Position numbers and translations under genes: made by a program. The notes under the pieces are model-generated. The model did no database searches, was not told the origin of the DNA, and was given only the letters and a program-made list of their open reading frames with translations. A stretch of DNA of 63,701 bases, filler included, from Licmophora abbreviata (lineage: Eukaryota): NCBI GenBank assembly GCA_900291995.1. It is 12 parts of 12 records of this genome, joined end to end, with 100 filler letters (N's around TTAATTAATTAA, not from the genome) between each part and the next. Parts side by side here need not be neighbours in the genome. Positions count along the whole stretch, not along the records: positions 58,302 to 62,009 come from OLMU01003588.1; positions 62,110 to 63,701 come from OLMU01003589.1; 10 more parts are not named here. One strand, 5' to 3'. Shown one piece after another: positions 58,347 to 63,701 of this stretch; the stretch's first letter is position 1; every line of letters begins with the position of its first letter.

Positions 58347-59951
58347 ATGTCCAAAGTTGAACGCGTCCAAACGCTCGAAGAGCTCTCCCCCGACTTTATC
58401 GGAAAGTATGTGAAGTTGCATGGCTGGATTTACTCGGTGCGCTCTCAGGGCGCCGGAAGACTGGTCTTTTTGGATCTTGGAGACGGCACGACCGTCACAC
58501 CGACTCGCTGCATTGCGCAAATGGCCTCCTCGGAAGAAGAAGAAGAGACGCCTCTGGCCTATGGATCTACGAATTTATTGGGGGACGCCAACGATGACGA
58601 GGCAGCTTATACGAAACTGACCTTTGAAGAGCTGGGACAGTCATCCGCGCTGTCCATTGGCTGTTCCGTCATGATTCTGGGCCACGTCGCAGAACCACCC
58701 GAGGGAACTACTCAGACCTACGAGACCAAGGTGCTCGAACTGTTTCTCATTGGAGGCGTGCAAGACGCTTCCAAGTATCCTATCCAGAAGAGTATCCTCA
58801 AAAAGCCATTGGCCTTGCGGAAGGAGTATCATGCTCGTTTCCGGGCTCCGCTCGTGCAGCAGCTCATGTTGATTCGTTCCCAAACCTTGTTTGCGATTCA
58901 CGAGTTCTTTCATCAGGAGGGAGTCCCTCTCTTAGACCCCAACATTATGACTTCGTCGGATTGCGAAGGAGCAGGTGAAGTCTTCAAGATTACTCCACAG
59001 TTCTTTCATTCCGTTCCCGCGCTTGAAAAGTCTAAGAAGAAAAAGAAGGGAGGAGAACCGGCTCAGGAAACAGAAGAGCCGCCGAACGAGGAAATGTCAG
59101 AAGACGTGGAAGTCGGCTTGACCGTTTCCTCTCAGTTGCCTCTCGAGGCCATTGCCATGGGAACGGGTTCCGTATACACGTGTCAAAAGTCCTTTCGCGC
59201 CGAAAAGTCCGACACCAACAAGCATCTGGCCGAGTTCCTGCACGTGGAGTACGAGCAATACTTTATCACGCTGGAGGACCTGCTCGACCAGGCGGAACGC
59301 TACGTGAAACATGTCACGAAAACTGTCATTGAGCGGTGCGCGCCGCAGTACAAGTTTCTGAGTAGCAGAGCGACGGCTCCGGAAGAATTTCACGGTCATT
59401 GCGAGTACCTTCAGTCCCTTCTTGACAAACCTTTTGTGCGAATCAAGCACGAGGATGCCATTGCGGAGATGCAGCAGGACTTACGAGACAAGGTGAAGAC
59501 GATCAACGATCAGGGCAAGGAAGTGAAACTCAAGTTCAAGGAAAAGCCTGAACAAGGCGAAGACCTGGGATCGGAGCACGAAAAGTACTTGGTGAAGAAG
59601 TACGGGACGTTTGTCTTTGTAACGCACTGGCCGTCCAAGATCAAGTCCTTTTACATGAAGCAGGTTGGCGATGGCACATGCGAATCGTTTGATTTGCTTG
59701 CGCCCAAGGTAGGAGAACTCTTTGGAGGCTCGATGCGCGAGTGGCGTTACGATGTCTTGGAGGCTGAAATGAAGAGCAAGAACATGGACATGAAGCCACT
59801 GCAGTGGTTTGTTGACCTGAGAAAGGACGGAACCGCTCCACATGGAGGTTGGGGCATGGGCTTTGACCGATTGGTCATGTTCTTGACGAACGCTGACTCG
59901 GTACGCGATGTCGTTCCGTACCCAGTCTACTATGGGCACTGTCCTTACTAG
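58347..59951 (+). CDS. asnS: Asparaginyl-tRNA synthetase (class IIb), intronless, no targeting leader
   Basis: OB fold VKLHGWIYSVR...FLDLGDG, SSDCEGAGEVF, LTVSSQL, FRAEKSDTNKHLAEF, GELFGGSMRE, PHGGWGMGFDRLV. Confidence 0.94.
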   Translation: MSKVERVQTLEELSPDFIGKYVKLHGWIYSVRSQGAGRLVFLDLGDGTTVTPTRCIAQMASSEEEEETPLAYGSTNLLGDANDDEAAYTKLTFEELGQSSALSIGCSVMILGHVAEPPEGTTQTYETKVLELFLIGGVQDASKYPIQKSILKKPLALRKEYHARFRAPLVQQLMLIRSQTLFAIHEFFHQEGVPLLDPNIMTSSDCEGAGEVFKITPQFFHSVPALEKSKKKKKGGEPAQETEEPPNEEMSEDVEVGLTVSSQLPLEAIAMGTGSVYTCQKSFRAEKSDTNKHLAEFLHVEYEQYFITLEDLLDQAERYVKHVTKTVIERCAPQYKFLSSRATAPEEFHGHCEYLQSLLDKPFVRIKHEDAIAEMQQDLRDKVKTINDQGKEVKLKFKEKPEQGEDLGSEHEKYLVKKYGTFVFVTHWPSKIKSFYMKQVGDGTCESFDLLAPKVGELFGGSMREWRYDVLEAEMKSKNMDMKPLQWFVDLRKDGTAPHGGWGMGFDRLVMFLTNADSVRDVVPYPVYYGHCPY

Positions 59952-60477
59952 GAAGAATCAAATCTCGGTTATTCTTCTGGTTGGAAGTGAATAAGCTGTT
60001 AACAGTAATGAAGCAACCGCACTTTTAAACCTATTCATCCCCCATAGACATGTATGAGACCACCGTACAGAATGTTGCAACCCAGGAGATTTTACCCTAT
60101 CGGTAAACTGACTCTCTCTCGTCGCAAAGGATTGGTTGACTACAGGCAGCCGTCTGTGACGTTTGAGCAAGATGAAAGCGACGCGCGCGCGATGAAAAGA
60201 CACATCGCAGGACGACGCGAGAGACTCGACTCGACTCGACGATGAGACGCGCAAAAGTCACACACCTCTTTCTTTTGAGGACAACTTATACTTCACCATC
60301 ACATCAGGGTCGCTCCGGCCCCATCACTTCCCCTGTGGTGAACGTCCCCGATATACGTTGTAACAAGAGGCGCTCTTATTGTTGTCCTAATCGACAAAGA
60401 CCAGAGACCTAAAGACAAATCGAGCTCAGAATCCCTTTGCGGCACGTGCCACATGGATATCTTCCGCAGCGTCGGCG

Positions 60478-61222
60478 ATGATTAGTTCGTCAACGCTTCT
60501 TCTTTCGGGAACGTCCGATGAGCTCAAAAGTCCCCGAGCGCTCAAGGTTCGTACGAGTAGTCTGGAATCGAAAACGGATTGTTGGAAATCTTGCCGATCT
60601 CTATTATCTAATTTCGAATCATCGTCCATGCCACCACCACACACACACACACACACAGGTCCTGGCAACTGCCCACGCATCAGCGTTATTGCCTCCCTTG
60701 AAATGCAAAGTAGTCTCATCGGAAGAAGAGCTGCACGAGAAAACAAGCCCCCTGGCGACATCGTTGGTGCTTACCATCTGTGATGTAGATGAAACAACAC
60801 AGTATCATGTAACGGGGTCGAACTCCATGATGCGCACCCTTGCGTCCATCGCGAATACTACCAATACTACTAATGTCAACGTGTTGATGGGCGAAACTGA
60901 CACAGACCAAGCGTTGGTGAACGGATGGCTGGAGTACCTTTGGTCGTCGATTGAAATCATGATCGTGGATGATGGCAATGATATTTCCAAGGCATTGGAG
61001 ACGTTGGACGCGCACTTGGCAGACCGAACGTACTTGGTCGGGAGCAACGTGACGATTGCCGACCTAAGTCTCGCGTCATCCATGCACGCTATCCAAGTGA
61101 TGGAGAGGAACGGCGAAGAGGTTTTCGACCTGCGTCTGTATGAGAATGTGTTACGGCATTTTGACAACATGTTGAGTCTCCCAGCCTTCCAAAGTGCGCT
61201 CGAGACAGTCCTTGCCTCGTGA
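60478..61222 (+). CDS. Stand-alone GST-like protein resembling the eEF1B-gamma / aaRS GST domain, 2 exons
   Basis: Exon 1 ...SPRALK, intron 60547-60658 with a (CA)n tract. Exon 2 VLATAHA...QALVNGWLEY...LETLDAHLADRTYLVGSNVTIADL...ENVLRHFDNMLSLPAFQSAL. Confidence 0.8.
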
Positions 61223-61599
61223 TGAGCCTCCAAAAGGTAAGAGACAAACTATCTGTGAAGCCTTTGTTTTCCAACGTACGCAAAAGTTGGAGTCGCCCCG
61301 CCACTCGTAATGACGAACAATACCATCAATGGGAATCTCTCTGAAACTACACATTGTGTCGAGACAATGCATGGCGAGCAGATTGAGATCTGCTCGGAAC
61401 GAACAACCTGACGACTTGTTGCGTGTGTGTGACGCTTGCGGACTCTCGCTCCGTCTTATGCATATTTGTGTTTCTGCTCTCTCTATCTTCCCAACTCTAG
61501 ACCGTATCGAGAATACATCCCAGTCCATACGACAAACCACTGTGTACAGTGACACTAACAAAGCTCGTTACTATTGCTTGTCATAATTAGTTGCATTGG

Positions 61600-62350
61600 C
61601 TACGTCGTCGTCGACGCACTCCTCTTAGTCCTACCTTTCTCTTCAGTCCGATCACGAATCGCCTGTTTTCCTTTTCGTTGAAGCGGCGTCATCATTTGCT
61701 CTTCCAAGAGCTCCTCCTGTTCCAGCGCAGCAGCTTCCTCGTCGTCGTTCACCAAAAACTGAGCCTTTGCATCACCAGCAGCAGTAGTGCCACCTCGCTT
61801 GTTCTTAGTAGCAAAAGTAGCAGCCGTCAATAACAAACGCCCCTTGAGGAGTGCCCGGATTCGACCTTGTTCATTGGCAGAGACTTGCTGTCTCGACTCT
61901 CGATGATACAAGAGCGGCGGTTCTCCACTACTACTGGATGATGATGTAGCGGATAGGAGAGTCAAGAGTGCCGCTGCATGTTTGTCGCGTGCCACATCGA
62001 GTCGCTGCANNNNNNNNNNNNNNNNNNNNNNNNNNNNNNNNNNNNNNNNNNNNTTAATTAATTAANNNNNNNNNNNNNNNNNNNNNNNNNNNNNNNNNNN
62101 NNNNNNNNNCTCGAAGGTCAGAATTCGTCTCCGTCTTGATTTCTCGTTCGATTCGTGAGATGGTGTCGTCCATGGCATCCGACTCTGGATCGAGGCCACG
62201 GGGAAGTTTAAAGAAGAGAATGGGAGTGTAGGACGACGATGCTTTGTTCTTCTGGAACAATGAGGGAAACTTTTTAAAAATGGGAGCGGCCAGTGTCGTC
62301 GTCGGTGTGGTACACAACATGAGGATGCTAGTGAGAGTAATGATCTTCAT
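61600..62350 (-). CDS. Signal-peptide-bearing thioredoxin-fold-like hypothetical protein; spans a gap
   Basis: MKIITLTSILMLC...PILFFKLPRGLDPESDAMDDTISRIERE...[gap]...QRLDVARDKHAAALL...PPLLYHRESRQ...RIRALLKGR. Confidence 0.5.
62010..62109. other. Artificial assembly spacer
   Basis: N44-TTAATTAATTAA-N44. Confidence 0.97.
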
Positions 62351-62743
62351 GCTCCCTTGTGTAATGATGTGTGTGAATGAAGTGATATGGGTCGAATGTT
62401 GCGGCATCAAAAGTTGTCGTGCCATTGTCGAAAATCCGTTTCGTAGTTTCAAACTCATCCCATCAAAACGCTCGCCACGTGGAAGCATCACTCACGCTAC
62501 GAGCGAAGTTCAAAGTACGGACGACGGTCCGTCATGTCGCGCGAGACCGCGCAGAGAATAAGAGGAGAGATCGATTTTTGAGAGAAAGCCGCGCCGCGAT
62601 GACGAAAACTGAAAGTGTGGGTTTCGTGACGACGACGACCATACAAAATCTCCTCACACTCACATCGTATTTATATGTCTACACATTCGCCATCATCCTC
62701 TTCTTCTCACCATCCTTGTTATATGAAATTGTAGAGAGCTAGG

Positions 62744-63701
62744 ATGCTTGGAAGATTCTTGGGTGGACGGCGACAGCACAACTTGGTAGTATTGATGCAA
62801 ATACGAGATACCCATCTTCGACCCATAAGTTTGGCTACCATCACTACGAATACTACTACAGGTACCATGCGCCGCTGGAACACGGCGCCCTCATCATGGG
62901 AGGATGAAGAGGAGGACGGACCGCACGATCGTGCTTCGACGAGAACTTCTTCTTCTTCTTCTTTCAAACAACGCAGCGACAAACCTTTTACCGAAAGTAA
63001 TCTCTCCAGTTTCTTCGAGAGAAGGCGGCCACAACGCCAAGTACCATCCCCATTATCATCGACCGTCTCACCGTCCTCTGAAAACTCCACATCTTCAACA
63101 ACATTGAGCAATCGGCCTACATATTCATCCAAACCACACAATACTACTCCCTCTACTAATTCGACTACGACTCCTACTCCCTCAAAATGGCGCTCGTTGT
63201 TCAGCCGCCATCCTGCGCCACCACCATCAAAGAGGCACAACAACAAGAACGACGGCATCCCACAGAAAGCTCCACCCATCCGCGGAAAGATTCCCACCTT
63301 TGGATCGCGTTGGGGGGATGAAGCATCAAAATTGACTACAAACAAAGCCTCTTTTGGGTTTCCCGCATCGTTCAAAAACAACAATAACAACAACAACAAC
63401 ACTTTTGGTAACAGATCTTCATTGTTTTCACCCTCTTCCACGGCCAAGGCAAACATGAAATGGAACCAAAAGCCTCCACCCTTGGAAGATATGACAGATG
63501 TCTCTGCTCTCCGAGCTGTCTTTGAAAAATCCGTGCGAAACAATCCACTCGAAGGAGACACTAGGAGTACTAGTACTGCTACTTCTAGTGCCAGACAACA
63601 GGAGGAGCCATGGCTATCGAGTGGCAGGGTTGAAGATCCTTTTACGGGTCAATATCGCCAACAACGACAACAGGATCCAACTACGAAATCGGGTTGGAGG
63701 C
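62744..63701 (+). CDS. 5' part of a protein with a mitochondrial-type leader and a low-complexity Ser/Thr/Asn-rich region; runs off the window
   Basis: The frame from ATG 62744 (MLGRFLGGRRQHNLVVLMQIRD...) has no stop to the window end. It is missing from the ORF track, probably because it is open-ended. Confidence 0.65.
   Translation, partial: MLGRFLGGRRQHNLVVLMQIRDTHLRPISLATITTNTTTGTMRRWNTAPSSWEDEEEDGPHDRASTRTSSSSSFKQRSDKPFTESNLSSFFERRRPQRQVPSPLSSTVSPSSENSTSSTTLSNRPTYSSKPHNTTPSTNSTTTPTPSKWRSLFSRHPAPPPSKRHNNKNDGIPQKAPPIRGKIPTFGSRWGDEASKLTTNKASFGFPASFKNNNNNNNNTFGNRSSLFSPSSTAKANMKWNQKPPPLEDMTDVSALRAVFEKSVRNNPLEGDTRSTSTATSSARQQEEPWLSSGRVEDPFTGQYRQQRQQDPTTKSGWR

Overview
Eukaryotic nuclear DNA, most likely from a diatom (stramenopile). 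Evidence: dense genes with short GT-AG introns, bipartite plastid-targeting leaders with an ASAFAP-type cleavage site, a PGK with a mitochondrial-type presequence, and an ADP/ATP carrier with RRRLQM. The window is 12 sequence blocks joined by 11 identical artificial 100-nt spacers (N44-TTAATTAATTAA-N44), and several genes continue across them. About 33 protein-coding loci are supported. Recognisable ones are eIF3i, a double-TPR SGT-like protein, RAD21, NECAP, an RRM protein, TRM61, KDSR, MFSD5/MOT2 (partial), a zf-C3H1 plus LRR protein, NLE1, three glycosyltransferases (O-fucosyltransferase-like, GT29 sialyltransferase-like, GT96/GT95-like), PGK, condensin CAP-G, a Mn-CDF transporter, a SpoU/TrmH methylase, an AspH-type hydroxylase, a small plastid membrane protein, PSMB3, a START protein, AAC, organellar TrpRS, AsnRS and a GST-like protein. 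Several essential genes carry single-base frameshifts at short homopolymers, most likely sequencing errors. I found no tRNA, rRNA, CRISPR array or transposon by eye. No clear-cut novel system is demonstrated. The best leads are the three-glycosyltransferase neighbourhood with a sialyltransferase-like enzyme, the zf-C3H1/LRR architecture, a possibly divergent CG-1-like protein, and an AsnRS with atypical motifs. All calls come from manual motif recognition; no database searches were run.
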